Of a stretch of DNA of 64,000 nucleotides, positions 9,293 through 19,067 are shown piece by piece. Location: positions 143,920-207,919 of the forward strand of contig CAWCXU010000001.1 in NCBI GenBank assembly GCA_963799625.1, read 5' to 3'. This DNA comes from an uncultured Actinomycetes bacterium (lineage in GTDB: Bacteria; Actinomycetota; UBA4738; HRBIN12). Positions within the stretch are counted from its first letter, which is position 1, and the number at the start of each line of letters is the position of its first letter. A program made the translations under genes and the position numbers. The notes beneath the pieces were generated by a model that was given only the letters and a program-made list of their open reading frames with translations, searched no databases and was not told the DNA's origin.

Positions 9293-10321
9293 GGCACCAC
9301 CGCGAACGGGTCCTGCATGCGATCCGCGACCGCGACCGCGTCCTGCGGGAAGATCGCGGCGGCGACGATGTTCGATTCGGCTCCGGAGTTCATCGAGACA
9401 CGTCCGTTGTCGATCCCGTCGGCGACGGCTCCGCGTTCCCGGTCGTAGATGGGTTTTCCTGCGGCGTTGCGACCGTCGAACCAAGCGCGTGCGTCGGCGG
9501 CGAGCCGGCCCCAGCGCTCGTCCTGTGTCGCACGAGCGAGCTGATCGAGTGACCACACGCAGGACGCGACGTCGTAGGCAAGGCTGCGCGGCGCCGCGGC
9601 GAACCGATCGTGCACCGCCGGCTCGATCACCGCTTCGGCGCTGCGAACGGCGACGTCGAGTAGCGCGGGATCCTCGAGCAGTCGTCGACGCGAGCGCGAG
9701 TGCTCCCTCCTGGATGTGCGCCCACAGGTGCGGTGCACCCACCTCGTACGGCGAGTTCTTCAGCACGTCTCCGTCTCGGCACGCGGCGATCTCATCCGCC
9801 CACCTCCGAGCGAGGGACGGCTCGGGGTCGTCACCGAACAGGGCCGTGACGAGGTGCAACGAGCGTATGTCGGGTGGCGCCTCGTCCGCCGCGGCGACCG
9901 ACAAGCCACGCCGATACGCCTCCATGGCGTCGGAGTCGCCGAACGCCCAGCCGGCCGTTTGGGTCGCGACGAGGGCCCGGGCGAGCCAGAAGTTCTGCCC
10001 GGGCTCCGACGTGATCCCCGTGCGGTTCTTGTCGCCGTCCCAATCCATCACGAAGTTGATCCAGGCCCCGTCGGGCTCCTGCATCCAGAGCACGAAGTCC
10101 AAGAGTCCTCGCGCCCACCGTTCGACCCACGCGGGCGCGTCCGCCTCGAGCGTGCACAGGACGGTCAAGAGCCTGGCGGTGTCGTCGACGCATGCGACGC
10201 CTTCGAACCCCGACTCCTCGGCGTGCACCACACCGGTCGGATGCTCGTAGATGGCCACCGCCAGGGCGTTCGGCCCCGCGGCGGGGACGGGCCTCGTCAG
10301 GCGCCAGAGCTGTCGCAGCAC
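9289..10321 (-). pseudogene. six-hairpin glycosidase-like protein, apparent 1-nt frameshift near 9673-9697
   Basis: N-terminal ~210 aa (GVACVDDTARLL, MQEPDGAWINF, GQNFWLARAL) in one frame; C-terminal ~135 aa (LLEDPALLDVAV...DPFAVVP) in the +1 frame; junction reads ...EGALALA|RRLLEDP. Confidence 0.5.
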
Positions 10322-10324
10322 AAG

Positions 10325-11425
10325 TCAGACGGGGGTGAGGGACGACAGCACGTCGTCGATCGCCAGGTCGGCCGCGCAGATGTACTCGTCCGCCGCGCCG
10401 TAGAACACTCGGATCCGGCCGTCGCCGAGGTCGACGTGCCCGCTCGGGAACACGACGTCCTGCAGGAACCCGTCGTGCTCGTAGGGTTCTTCGGCGGCGA
10501 GCAGCGGTCGTGTGGTCCGGGCAAGCACCTTGCCGGGGTCATCGCCGTCGAGCAGCATCGCGCCCATCCCGTACCGGTTCGCGCGGTCGGCGCCGTGGTA
10601 GATCTCGAGCCAGCCTTCCCCGGTCGGGATCGGGACGAGCGACGCGCCGATCCGCATCTCGTCCCACATGCCGTGCCGGGGCTCCGCGACCGGGCGGTGG
10701 CCGCCCCAGTGCGTGAGGTCGTCGCTCTCCGTGAGCCACAGCCCCAGCACTCGACCGAACGACCCCGGCATCGGACGCGTGAACGCGAGGTACCGCCCGT
10801 TCACCTTCTCGGGGAACAGCACGACGTCCTTCTGGTCGGGCTGCAGCATCGTGCCGTGCCGTTCGAAGGTGCGGAAGTCGGTCGTGGACATGCGAGCGGT
10901 CGTGATGCCGAGCCGGCTGACCGCCACGTAGGTGATGTGGAACAGCCCGTCGATCTGCGTGATCCGCGGGTCTTCGACCCCGTAGGCCTCGATCGGGTCC
11001 GCCGCCTCGATCCGTACGTCGTCGAAGGTGAAGTGCTCGCCGTCGGGGCTGCGCGCGACACGCAGGTGCGAGATGTGCGACAGGTAGTCGGTGAATTCAT
11101 CCTGTCCGGGAGTGAACCCGCCTGCGCTGTTGCGGTAGCGGATCGTGCGCGGGTCCGACAGGTCGAGCCCCGGGAGGTCGCGCGGCACGTACCCGATCAC
11201 GACACCGGGGGGATCACGGTCGTAATCGAAGTAGGCCATGCCGACCAGCTGGTCGGGCTGGAGGCCGCGGGGCAGCGGCGTCGAGCGCGGCCGAGGACCC
11301 GACAGGTCGATCATCGTGGCGTCTCCGTCGAGTTCGATGTCGCGGCGCGGACGCTCGACGACCCGGACGAGCAGCACGGTCTCGTCCCCGACCTTGGCCA
11401 CGCCGGGATTGATCGTGCCGATCAC
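10325..11425 (-). CDS. GH130 family glycoside phosphorylase (beta-mannoside phosphorylase-like); true N-terminus lies upstream across a frameshift
   Basis: GH130 motifs (NPGVAKVGDETVLLVRV, EDPRI, FHITY, YGMGAMLLDGDDPGKVL). The in-frame stretch upstream of the listed GTG is stopped at 11468-11470, while the GH130 N-terminal NPLIKT motif sits in the GT4 frame. Confidence 0.7.
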   Translation of the reverse strand: MIGTINPGVAKVGDETVLLVRVVERPRRDIELDGDATMIDLSGPRPRSTPLPRGLQPDQLVGMAYFDYDRDPPGVVIGYVPRDLPGLDLSDPRTIRYRNSAGGFTPGQDEFTDYLSHISHLRVARSPDGEHFTFDDVRIEAADPIEAYGVEDPRITQIDGLFHITYVAVSRLGITTARMSTTDFRTFERHGTMLQPDQKDVVLFPEKVNGRYLAFTRPMPGSFGRVLGLWLTESDDLTHWGGHRPVAEPRHGMWDEMRIGASLVPIPTGEGWLEIYHGADRANRYGMGAMLLDGDDPGKVLARTTRPLLAAEEPYEHDGFLQDVVFPSGHVDLGDGRIRVFYGAADEYICAADLAIDDVLSSLTPV

Positions 11426-11458
11426 TTCGAACCCCTGCTGCGAGGGCTCCAGGTCGCT

Positions 11459-12716
11459 CGGTCTTGATCAGCGGGTTCCCCGCCACACGGTGCGCGATAT
11501 GGAGCGGACGCTCGGCTCGTTTGCGCGCGGGCGCCACGGGATGCTCGTCGACCAGCTCCTGCATGGCGGCGAGGAACCGCTCGCCGGTTCTCGGCCACGT
11601 TGCCTCGTTCGCGTAGGCGTAGGCGTTCTTCTCGAGCCGTGCCTTGCGCTTGGGGTCATCCAAGATCGCGTTGACGGACTCGGCGATGCTCTCCGCCGAC
11701 CGGAAGTCGACGAGGATGCCCCGGTCCTTCGCGAGCGCCTCCTTCGCGTGCAGGTACGGCGTCGAGACCACCGCCTTGCCCGCGCCCAACGCGTAGGACA
11801 ACGTGCCGCTCGTGATCTGGTTCGGGTCGAGGTAGGGCGTCACGTAGACGTCGGTGGCGAGCAGGTACTCGATGATGTCCTTCTGGTCGAGGTACTGGTT
11901 GACGAAGAGCACCTGGTCGCCGAGACCGAGCTCGTCGACGAGCTGTTGCAGGCGGTTGCGGTACTCCTCGCCGCGCTGCTTGAGCAGTTCCGGGTGGGTC
12001 TGGCCGGCGATCAGGTAGAGCGCCTCGGGGTGGCGGGCCACGATCGCGGGCATGGCCTCGATCGCGTACTCGAGGCCCTTGCCGGGGCCGACGAGGCCGA
12101 AGGTCGAGATGATCGTGTGTCCGTCGAGCCCGAGCTTCGCCTTCAGCCGGCGTCGTCCCTTCGGCTCGATGTGCGGCATGCCGTGCGGGATCACGAGGGG
12201 GTGCTCGGTGATCCCGTAGTCGCGCTCGAGGATCTCGACGGCGCTCTCGGCCATCACGGTGAGGCGGTGCGCCGACTCGGCGATGGATCGGACCGCGTCG
12301 CGGATCGCGGGCGAGGGGTCGGGGAGCACCGTGTGCATGTTCACGAGCGCGGGCTTCTTCAGCTCCTCGAGGAACGCGGTCAGGTGGTCCTCGTACGTGC
12401 CCTCGATCCACTGGTCGCCGACGAAGCCGCCCCCCTTCCAGAGGCCGTAGAGGCCGAACTCGTGTTGGACGCAGACGATGTCGGCCGTGGACCGGTCGAT
12501 CGCGTGGGCGGCGGCGCGATAGGGCATCGCGCTGCCTTGGCGGATCCGCCAACGGACCTCGCTGCCGTAGGCGCGGACCGAGCTGCGCTCGTCGATCGCG
12601 GCGACACGGGACTGTGTCTTGGGGTCCGCCTCGCGGACGGCCGCCATCATGTCGGCCGTGAAGGTGGCGATGCCGCAGCGCCGGGGGGGATAGGTGGAAA
12701 CGAACGCGATCCGCAT
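11459..12716 (-). CDS. GT4 family glycosyltransferase; reading frame continues without a stop into the GH130 N-terminal motif (probable GT4-GH130 fusion broken by a frameshift)
   Basis: GT4 domain ~390 aa (IAFVSTYPPRRCGIATF ... EX7E-like C-terminal region), then linker EHPVAPARKRAERPLHIAHRVAGNPLIKT. The uninterrupted ORF runs to 11214, overlapping the GH130 ORF. Confidence 0.6.
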
Positions 12717-12771
12717 GAGGGTCTAGCGTACCCCGGGCCGTCGAGCGGCCATCGGGCGTAGCCTCCGAGCG

Positions 12772-13488
12772 ATGACGACGCCCGGGCCTCTCGCCCTCGT
12801 CGGCGGCGACGAGCTGCACCCCGGCAACGAGGAGCAAGACCGCGTGCTCGTCGAGGCCGCGGGCGGAGGCCACGCGTACGTGCTGGCGACCGCGGCCGGT
12901 CGGCAGCGCCCGGAGCTCGCGGTCCGGCATGCGGTGGAGTGGTTCGGATCGCTCGGGCTCGCGGTCGAGGAGCTGCCCGCGACGAAGCGATCGCACGCGA
13001 CGTCGGGAGAGATCGCCGAGCGGGCTCGAGCCGGCCGCTTCTTCTATCTGGTGGGCGGCGACCCCGGGCTCGTCCCGAAGGTGCTGGCGGGCTCGCCGGT
13101 GTGGGACGCGATCGTCTCGGCGTGGCGCGACGGCGCGGCGCTGGGAGGGTCCTCCGCCGGCGCGATGGCGATGGGCGAGTGGACCCTGATCCGCGACCGG
13201 ATGCCAGGCGACGACCGGCGCCGGTATCAGCCGGCGCTCGGGGTGGTTCCCGGGGTCGCGGTGCTGCCGCACTTCGAGACCTTCGGCCACCGGTGGGTCG
13301 GGAGCGCGCGGGCCGCCGCACCGAGCGACGGCGTCGTGCTGCTCGGCGTCGACGAACGCAGCGCGGCCATGTGGCGGGACGGAACCTGGCGCGCCTATGG
13401 CCCCGGCGGGGTCACGGTGATCGCCGCAGGGGCGACCGAACGGTTCGATGCCGGCGCCACCATCGACGGGCTCCCCTCACCGGGGTGA
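12772..13488 (+). CDS. peptidase S51 / cyanophycinase-like (class I glutamine-amidotransferase-like fold)
   Basis: LVGGDPGL ... GSSAGAMAMGE nucleophile-elbow region. Confidence 0.7.
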   Translation: MTTPGPLALVGGDELHPGNEEQDRVLVEAAGGGHAYVLATAAGRQRPELAVRHAVEWFGSLGLAVEELPATKRSHATSGEIAERARAGRFFYLVGGDPGLVPKVLAGSPVWDAIVSAWRDGAALGGSSAGAMAMGEWTLIRDRMPGDDRRRYQPALGVVPGVAVLPHFETFGHRWVGSARAAAPSDGVVLLGVDERSAAMWRDGTWRAYGPGGVTVIAAGATERFDAGATIDGLPSPG

Positions 13489-13526
13489 CGGCGAGCGCCC
13501 GAGGATGCCGGAGAGGTGCCGCCCTC

Positions 13527-15470
13527 CTAGCCTCGCCACTCGATCGTGGCTACGCCGACGGGCTGCGCGAGGCCCTTGAGGGACACCTCGCGCTGGTTCG
13601 ACACGTGGAACGGCGCTGAGCTCGCGATCGACGAAACCGTCACGAGGATCTCGTCGCCCTCCGCCAGCGCCGCCACGCGCGCCGCCTCGTGGACCCCGAC
13701 GCCCGCGTAGTCGCCCGAGATCACGGTCGCCTCAGCGGCGTGGAGTCCGATCCTGACCCTCGGGGCGAAGCCGTGCTCTCGTCGGTGCGCCGCGAGATGC
13801 CGCTGCATCGCCACCGCGCACGCCGCCGCCTCCTCCACGTCCTCGAAGGTCGCGAAGAAGCCGTCTCCCGTCGTGTGCACGACCTCACCCCGGTGGTTCT
13901 CGATCTCTGCGCGCAGGGCATCGTCGTGCCAGCGCAGCACTCCCTCCCACGCCTCGTCTCCCATCGACTCAACGAGCTTCGTCGAGTCGACGATGTCCGT
14001 GAACATGAACGCCCGCTCCTGGCGCCGACCAACCGCAGGCAGCTCCCCGGCGGCGGTCAGCGCGTCGACCCGTTCGACCTCACCCCGGGCACCGATCCGC
14101 TCGAACGTGGCTCGCGCGGACTGCAGCTCGAGCGCCGCGGAGGCATCGTCGCCGTTGGCGCGGTACGAGGCGGCGAGTAGGCACCGGGCCCGGGCCATCT
14201 CGAAGGGCATGTCCTCCTCGGTCCACACCCGAGCGGCGGCGCGGAGTTCCGGGATCGCCTCGTCCGGCCTGCCTTCCTGCGTCAAGATCTCGCCGAACGC
14301 CTGCCGCGAGGCAGCTTCGAGGACGTGCGCCTGGAAGGTGCCGGCCACAGCGCGCAGCTCCTCGGCGGCCTCGCGCGCGGTGGTGAGATCGTGCGCGGCC
14401 ACCGCGATCTCTGCGCGGGCGGGAAGGAGCCGCGCGCGCTCCAGCGGATCCATCCGTTCGGTGAGCGCGATGCCGATCGACGCGTGGGCGCCGGCGATGT
14501 CGCCCTGCGCGAGACGAAGCATCGCGATCCCCGGTTGGGGATCATGGCCGAGCCGATGCGCGAGCTCGAACGCTTGCGCAGCCCCCGCGAGATCGCCCCG
14601 ACGCAGGCGGACTTCCCCGACCTGCTCTGCGCCGGCGCCCGCCTGCGGGGATCTGCCGAACGCCTCGAGCGCCGCCTGCGCTCTCAGCGCCTCTTGTTCG
14701 GCCTCGTCGAGCGAACCGTGCAAACGCATGATCTCCGCGCGTTGAACCGAGCAGATCCCCGGGAACCCGGTGATCGATTGACGCTCGCACCACGTCCGCG
14801 CGGCTTCCGTCCATTCGCCGGCGCGCCGATAGTCCGCGAGGCCCCGGCAGACGCTGATCGTGACGCAATAGATGTTGCCGGCGATGTACGGCGCGACGTC
14901 GCCCCCGAGCGCCGCCAGCGTGCCCTCATCCACCATCGACAGGCCCTGCTCCACCTGCGACTGGAAGACGAGGCTGGCGCCTTGGAGCACGAGTGCGAAC
15001 GCCTGGAGGTCGCGGTCGGCGAGGCGACGACCGATCTCCTGCCCGGTGGTGGCGTGCTGCGCCGCTTCCTCGAACCTTCCTCGCTCGACGGCAGCCCGGA
15101 ACAGGGTGAGTTCGAGCCACCCCTGTTCGACAGACTCCGGCTCGCCGTCGAGAAGCCGGATCGCACGCTGGAGCCAGGCGTTCCAGCGTGCCGACTCCGA
15201 GCGGTCGGCGAACTCCAGGGCCAGCCGCAGCGCGACGCGGGCAGCGGCTCGCGGGTCGCCGTCGGCTTCGTGGCGCGCGTACGCGCGTTCGAACGCATCG
15301 ATGCTTTCCGCGGGGTGTGCGCTCCACCAGGCGGCCTCGCCGAGGCGCTCGAGGTCGTCTCCCGCAGCCTCCCCGCGTTCGGCCAGGGTCGTGAAGCCCT
15401 CGTAGGCCTCGGGCCAAACGTGCTTGTCGAACGCCTTCTGTGCGCGCTCCTGCGTCGACTGCTCGACCAC
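13527..15470 (-). CDS. class III adenylate/guanylate cyclase with N-terminal TPR-like helical repeat region
   Basis: C-terminal cyclase domain (FMFTDIVDSTKL ... TTGDGFFATF); GTG at 15470 preceded by GAAAGGA. The longer ORF to 15878 is low-complexity. Confidence 0.75.
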   Translation of the reverse strand: MVEQSTQERAQKAFDKHVWPEAYEGFTTLAERGEAAGDDLERLGEAAWWSAHPAESIDAFERAYARHEADGDPRAAARVALRLALEFADRSESARWNAWLQRAIRLLDGEPESVEQGWLELTLFRAAVERGRFEEAAQHATTGQEIGRRLADRDLQAFALVLQGASLVFQSQVEQGLSMVDEGTLAALGGDVAPYIAGNIYCVTISVCRGLADYRRAGEWTEAARTWCERQSITGFPGICSVQRAEIMRLHGSLDEAEQEALRAQAALEAFGRSPQAGAGAEQVGEVRLRRGDLAGAAQAFELAHRLGHDPQPGIAMLRLAQGDIAGAHASIGIALTERMDPLERARLLPARAEIAVAAHDLTTAREAAEELRAVAGTFQAHVLEAASRQAFGEILTQEGRPDEAIPELRAAARVWTEEDMPFEMARARCLLAASYRANGDDASAALELQSARATFERIGARGEVERVDALTAAGELPAVGRRQERAFMFTDIVDSTKLVESMGDEAWEGVLRWHDDALRAEIENHRGEVVHTTGDGFFATFEDVEEAAACAVAMQRHLAAHRREHGFAPRVRIGLHAAEATVISGDYAGVGVHEAARVAALAEGDEILVTVSSIASSAPFHVSNQREVSLKGLAQPVGVATIEWRG

Positions 15471-15565
15471 GTGCCGTCCTTTCGCCCTGATGATGGCAGG
15501 TGGGTCGTGCGCCCGACGAGTGCGCGAAGTGGGACGGTCGGACTCTCGAACTACGCTGGAGCCCG

Positions 15566-16603
15566 ATGCCCACCGTCTACGACCTGTCCCGTGAGCAGCT
15601 GAGCGATCGCCTCGTGACATGGGATGAGCCCGCGTTCCGCGCGAAACAGGTCTGGTCGCAGTTGTGGAAGCGAGCCGCGACCTATGACCAGATGTCGGAT
15701 GTGTCGCCGGCGCTGCGGGAACGGCTGGCCGAGGAGCTACCGCTCGGTGTCGAGGTCCTGACCGAGCGCACGTCGGACCGCGGCGCGACACGCAAGGCCT
15801 TACTCCGGCTTGGCGGCCAGCATGTGGTCGAGGCCGTGCTGATGGGCTACCCGGACCGAGTGACGGTGTGCATCTCATCGCAGGCGGGCTGCGCGATGGG
15901 TTGCACGTTCTGCGCCACCGGCCAGATGGGCTTGCAGAACAACCTCACCGCGGGCGAGATCGCCGCGCAAGCAGTGTGGGCGCGCCGCGAAGCGGCGCGC
16001 CTGCCCGAGTCGACACCACAGCGGCTCACCAACGTCGTCTTCATGGGGATGGGGGAGCCCTTCGCGAATCAACGACACGTCTTCGCCTCGCTTGCGCGGC
16101 TCACCGACCCGGCCGCGTTCGGGCTGGGTGCGCGTCACATCACGGTCTCGACGGTCGGGATCGTGCCCGGGATCGAGCGGCTGGCCGAGCGCGCGCCGCA
16201 GGTCGGGCTCGCGGTCAGCTTCCATGCCGCGAGCGACGAGTTGCGCGATCAGCTCGTCCCACCGAACACGAGGTATCCGCTCCTGCGGCTCGAGCGCGCG
16301 ATCGCGGATTGGCGACTGCAAACTCGCCGCCGTCCCTCGATCGAGTGGGCGCTGATCGACCGCGTGAATGACACGACCGAACAGGCGGAGCTCCTCGCGC
16401 CGATCGCACGCCGGCTCGGCGCCCACGTCAACCTGATCCCGTTGAACCCGACGCCGGGTTACCCGGTGCTCGGTTCACCTCCCGCGCGCATCCGTCGCTT
16501 CGTCGAGACGCTCGAGCGACTCCGCGTCAACGTCACCGTCCGCGACACGCGAGGCCGATCCATCGACGCCGCGTGCGGGCAGCTCGCCCTCGCGACCGTC
16601 TGA
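15566..16603 (+). CDS. rlmN: 23S rRNA/tRNA (adenine-C2)-methyltransferase, radical SAM
   Basis: CxxxCxxC (CAMGCTFCATGQ) plus RlmN C-terminal motifs; ATG 15566 with GGAG RBS. Confidence 0.85.
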   Translation: MPTVYDLSREQLSDRLVTWDEPAFRAKQVWSQLWKRAATYDQMSDVSPALRERLAEELPLGVEVLTERTSDRGATRKALLRLGGQHVVEAVLMGYPDRVTVCISSQAGCAMGCTFCATGQMGLQNNLTAGEIAAQAVWARREAARLPESTPQRLTNVVFMGMGEPFANQRHVFASLARLTDPAAFGLGARHITVSTVGIVPGIERLAERAPQVGLAVSFHAASDELRDQLVPPNTRYPLLRLERAIADWRLQTRRRPSIEWALIDRVNDTTEQAELLAPIARRLGAHVNLIPLNPTPGYPVLGSPPARIRRFVETLERLRVNVTVRDTRGRSIDAACGQLALATV

Positions 16604-16634
16604 GCTCTTCGCGGGATGGATACCCGGGCAACCC

Positions 16635-17000
16635 TCAGCGACGCTGCTTGGCTTCGAGCTCGGCCACCCGGGTCTTCACGAGCTTCTTCACGAGCCCCAC
16701 GGGCAAACGCTCGTCATACTCGAACCGGATCGTGCCCTTGCCGGTCACGCGCTCGCCGAGCTCCTTCGAATGCTTCGCGATCACGGCCATGCTCATCGGG
16801 AACAAGCTGAAGTGATCCTTGAACGCCGCGTAACAGACCAAGCCCTTGCCGCCGAGGAGGAACGCCGGCATCGAGTAGCTGATGCCCTCGGTCGCGTCCG
16901 GGGCCGCGGCCGCGATCACCTCACGGAGCCGGTCAAGCGCCGCGCGCTGCCCGTCGTCCTGCCACGACAGGTACTGCGTGACGCTCGTGGGTTTGCGCAT
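16635..17000 (-). CDS. DUF1801 (YdhG-like) domain protein
   Basis: 121-aa ORF with YdhG-like topology. Confidence 0.55.
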   Translation of the reverse strand: MRKPTSVTQYLSWQDDGQRAALDRLREVIAAAAPDATEGISYSMPAFLLGGKGLVCYAAFKDHFSLFPMSMAVIAKHSKELGERVTGKGTIRFEYDERLPVGLVKKLVKTRVAELEAKQRR

Positions 17001-18460
17001 CAGTCCTCGTCCGGGGGCGGCTCAGACTTCCGACGATCCATGAACGCGATCAGCTCCGCGTCGACGTCGGCGTCGATCCCGGGGTCCTCGTAGGTCTCGA
17101 GCAGCTTCTTCCACCGGCGGTTCGCGCGCGCGGCGGTCTCCTCGCCGCCGGCCGCCGACCACGTCGTGAAGTCCTGCGTGATGAACAGCGGCGAGATGTA
17201 CTGCCACTCGCGGAAATGGTCCATCGTGTGCTGCGCGGCGAGCCACAAGCCGCCTGGGCCGAGCTCCTTCAGGGCCTCGAACGCGAACTCCTCCTCGCTG
17301 AAGCCGACGCCGGCCTGCTGCACCTGGAGCTGCTCGAGGAGCTCGACGTCGAGCGCGAACTTCTCGAGCGATGCGGTGAGGCCGCCCTCGAGCCACCCGG
17401 CCGCGTGTAGCACCACGTCGGTGCCGGCCAGCATCGTCGCCCACAACATGAACGACGATTCGGCCGCGGCCTGCGCGTCGACCGCGTTGGACGAACAGAG
17501 GCCGCCGCCGCCGCGGAACGGCAGGCCGTAGTACCGCGCCATCTGCGCCCCGGCGAACACGCCGAAGATCGACTCCGGCGTGCCGAGCGCGGGCGCGCCC
17601 GTGCGCATGTCGGTCGCCTGGAAGAACGATCCGTACAGGCACGGCGCGCCGGGCCGGATCGTCTGCGCGATCGCGACCCCGGACAGCGCCTCGGCCACTT
17701 GCTGGGCGAGGCCGCCGGCGACGCTCACCGCTGCGGTGGCCCCACCGAGCAGGAACGGCGTCACGATCGTCGCCTGGTTCGACTCCGCCCACGCGACCAT
17801 CGCGTCGACCATCCGGAAGTCCCAGATCAGCGGGCTCACGGAGTTCACGACGCCCATCAGCGCGGTGCGGTCGCCGAGGTCGCCGCCGTGCACGATCCGC
17901 GCCATCTCGATCCCGTCGCGCGCCTTGGGACCGCTCGTGCCGTACGTCGTATACGGCAGGTCTGACCACCGGAGCGTCGAGTACTCCATGTCGAGGTGGC
18001 GCGTGTGCACGTCCATCTTCGTGGGCTCGCAGGCGCCGGTCTGCGCGCAATTCAGCGGCGTGGCCGCCTGTGTGAGCTTGATGATCGTGTCGTGCCCCTC
18101 GAGGGTGCCGGCTCGGCGGCCTTCGTCGAGATCGCTCAAGAACGGTGGTCCGCCGACGCCCATCCAGAGCGGCGTGCCACCGCCGACCTCGACGCTGTTC
18201 GCGGGGTTCCGCGCGTGCAGCGTGAACGTGTGCGGGGCCTTGGCGAGCTGCTCCATCACGAACCCGCGATCGAAGCAGACGCGGTCGCCCTCCACCTTCT
18301 GACCGGCTTCGGCGAGGAGTTTCCGGACGTCGTCGTGCAACACGTCGAGCCCGATCTCCTCGAGGATCCGCATCGCGTAGGCGTGGACCTGTCCCTCCTG
18401 CTCCTCCGTCAACGGACGCGGCGCGTGCTCAGGCGTGTACAGCATCGGCGTCTTGCTCAC
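17000..18460 (-). CDS. MttB-superfamily (trimethylamine/quaternary-amine:corrinoid) methyltransferase, non-pyrrolysine type
   Basis: 486 aa, TIM-barrel MttB-like sequence throughout, no in-frame amber codon. Confidence 0.85.
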   Translation of the reverse strand: MSKTPMLYTPEHAPRPLTEEQEGQVHAYAMRILEEIGLDVLHDDVRKLLAEAGQKVEGDRVCFDRGFVMEQLAKAPHTFTLHARNPANSVEVGGGTPLWMGVGGPPFLSDLDEGRRAGTLEGHDTIIKLTQAATPLNCAQTGACEPTKMDVHTRHLDMEYSTLRWSDLPYTTYGTSGPKARDGIEMARIVHGGDLGDRTALMGVVNSVSPLIWDFRMVDAMVAWAESNQATIVTPFLLGGATAAVSVAGGLAQQVAEALSGVAIAQTIRPGAPCLYGSFFQATDMRTGAPALGTPESIFGVFAGAQMARYYGLPFRGGGGLCSSNAVDAQAAAESSFMLWATMLAGTDVVLHAAGWLEGGLTASLEKFALDVELLEQLQVQQAGVGFSEEEFAFEALKELGPGGLWLAAQHTMDHFREWQYISPLFITQDFTTWSAAGGEETAARANRRWKKLLETYEDPGIDADVDAELIAFMDRRKSEPPPDED

Positions 18461-19067
18461 CTCCTGGCTCGTCCCGCTGTTCGATCAGCGGGGTCAGCAG
18501 CGCATCGAGCGGTTCGATCCCGAGATCGTGGATCTCCAAGGGCTTCTCCATGTAGGCGGCGATCTCCTTCGCCTTCGCTTCGCGAGCAGGGTCTGGATGC
18601 TGCCGTACGAACAACACACGCGTCAGGTTGCCGAAGTACGTCTCCTTGAGCCACGGGAACCGATCGAGCCCGAGGCCCTTGATCACCGCGCGATCCCAGT
18701 TCGTCACGAGCCAGTCCGTCAGGAAGTAGATCCCGTAGTCGTCGTCGAACCGCTTGAACAGGTCACCGGAGTACCACTGGAAGCAGTGCACGCCGGCGGG
18801 CCGGACCGCCGGGTAGCGCTCGAGCACCTTGTCGAGGCGGCCACCGGTGCCGCAGTCGCCGTAGACGACGATGATCCGGTCGTAGTCGGGCAGGAGCTTC
18901 TGGATCTTCTCCTCGACGGCCGGTCCGATCTCGACCGGCGTCATGTGGAGGTCGCTCGTGATGCCGTGGACGTCGGCGTCCCAGCCGTGCCGATCCACCA
19001 GCGTCGCCGTGTCCTTGGCGACCGCGCCGCACGCGATCAGGGCGATGCGCGCGCCGGTACGGGTCAC
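18429..19067 (-). CDS. DUF1638 domain protein
   Basis: ~212 aa; GTG start overlaps the upstream stop (GTGA). Confidence 0.7.
   Translation of the reverse strand: MTRTGARIALIACGAVAKDTATLVDRHGWDADVHGITSDLHMTPVEIGPAVEEKIQKLLPDYDRIIVVYGDCGTGGRLDKVLERYPAVRPAGVHCFQWYSGDLFKRFDDDYGIYFLTDWLVTNWDRAVIKGLGLDRFPWLKETYFGNLTRVLFVRQHPDPAREAKAKEIAAYMEKPLEIHDLGIEPLDALLTPLIEQRDEPGGEQDADAVHA

Noticed and set aside
11656-13290. 544-aa and other long Arg-rich ORFs overlapping GT4 and peptidase genes
   Set aside because: Low-complexity Arg/Pro composition, antisense to genes with clear family signatures
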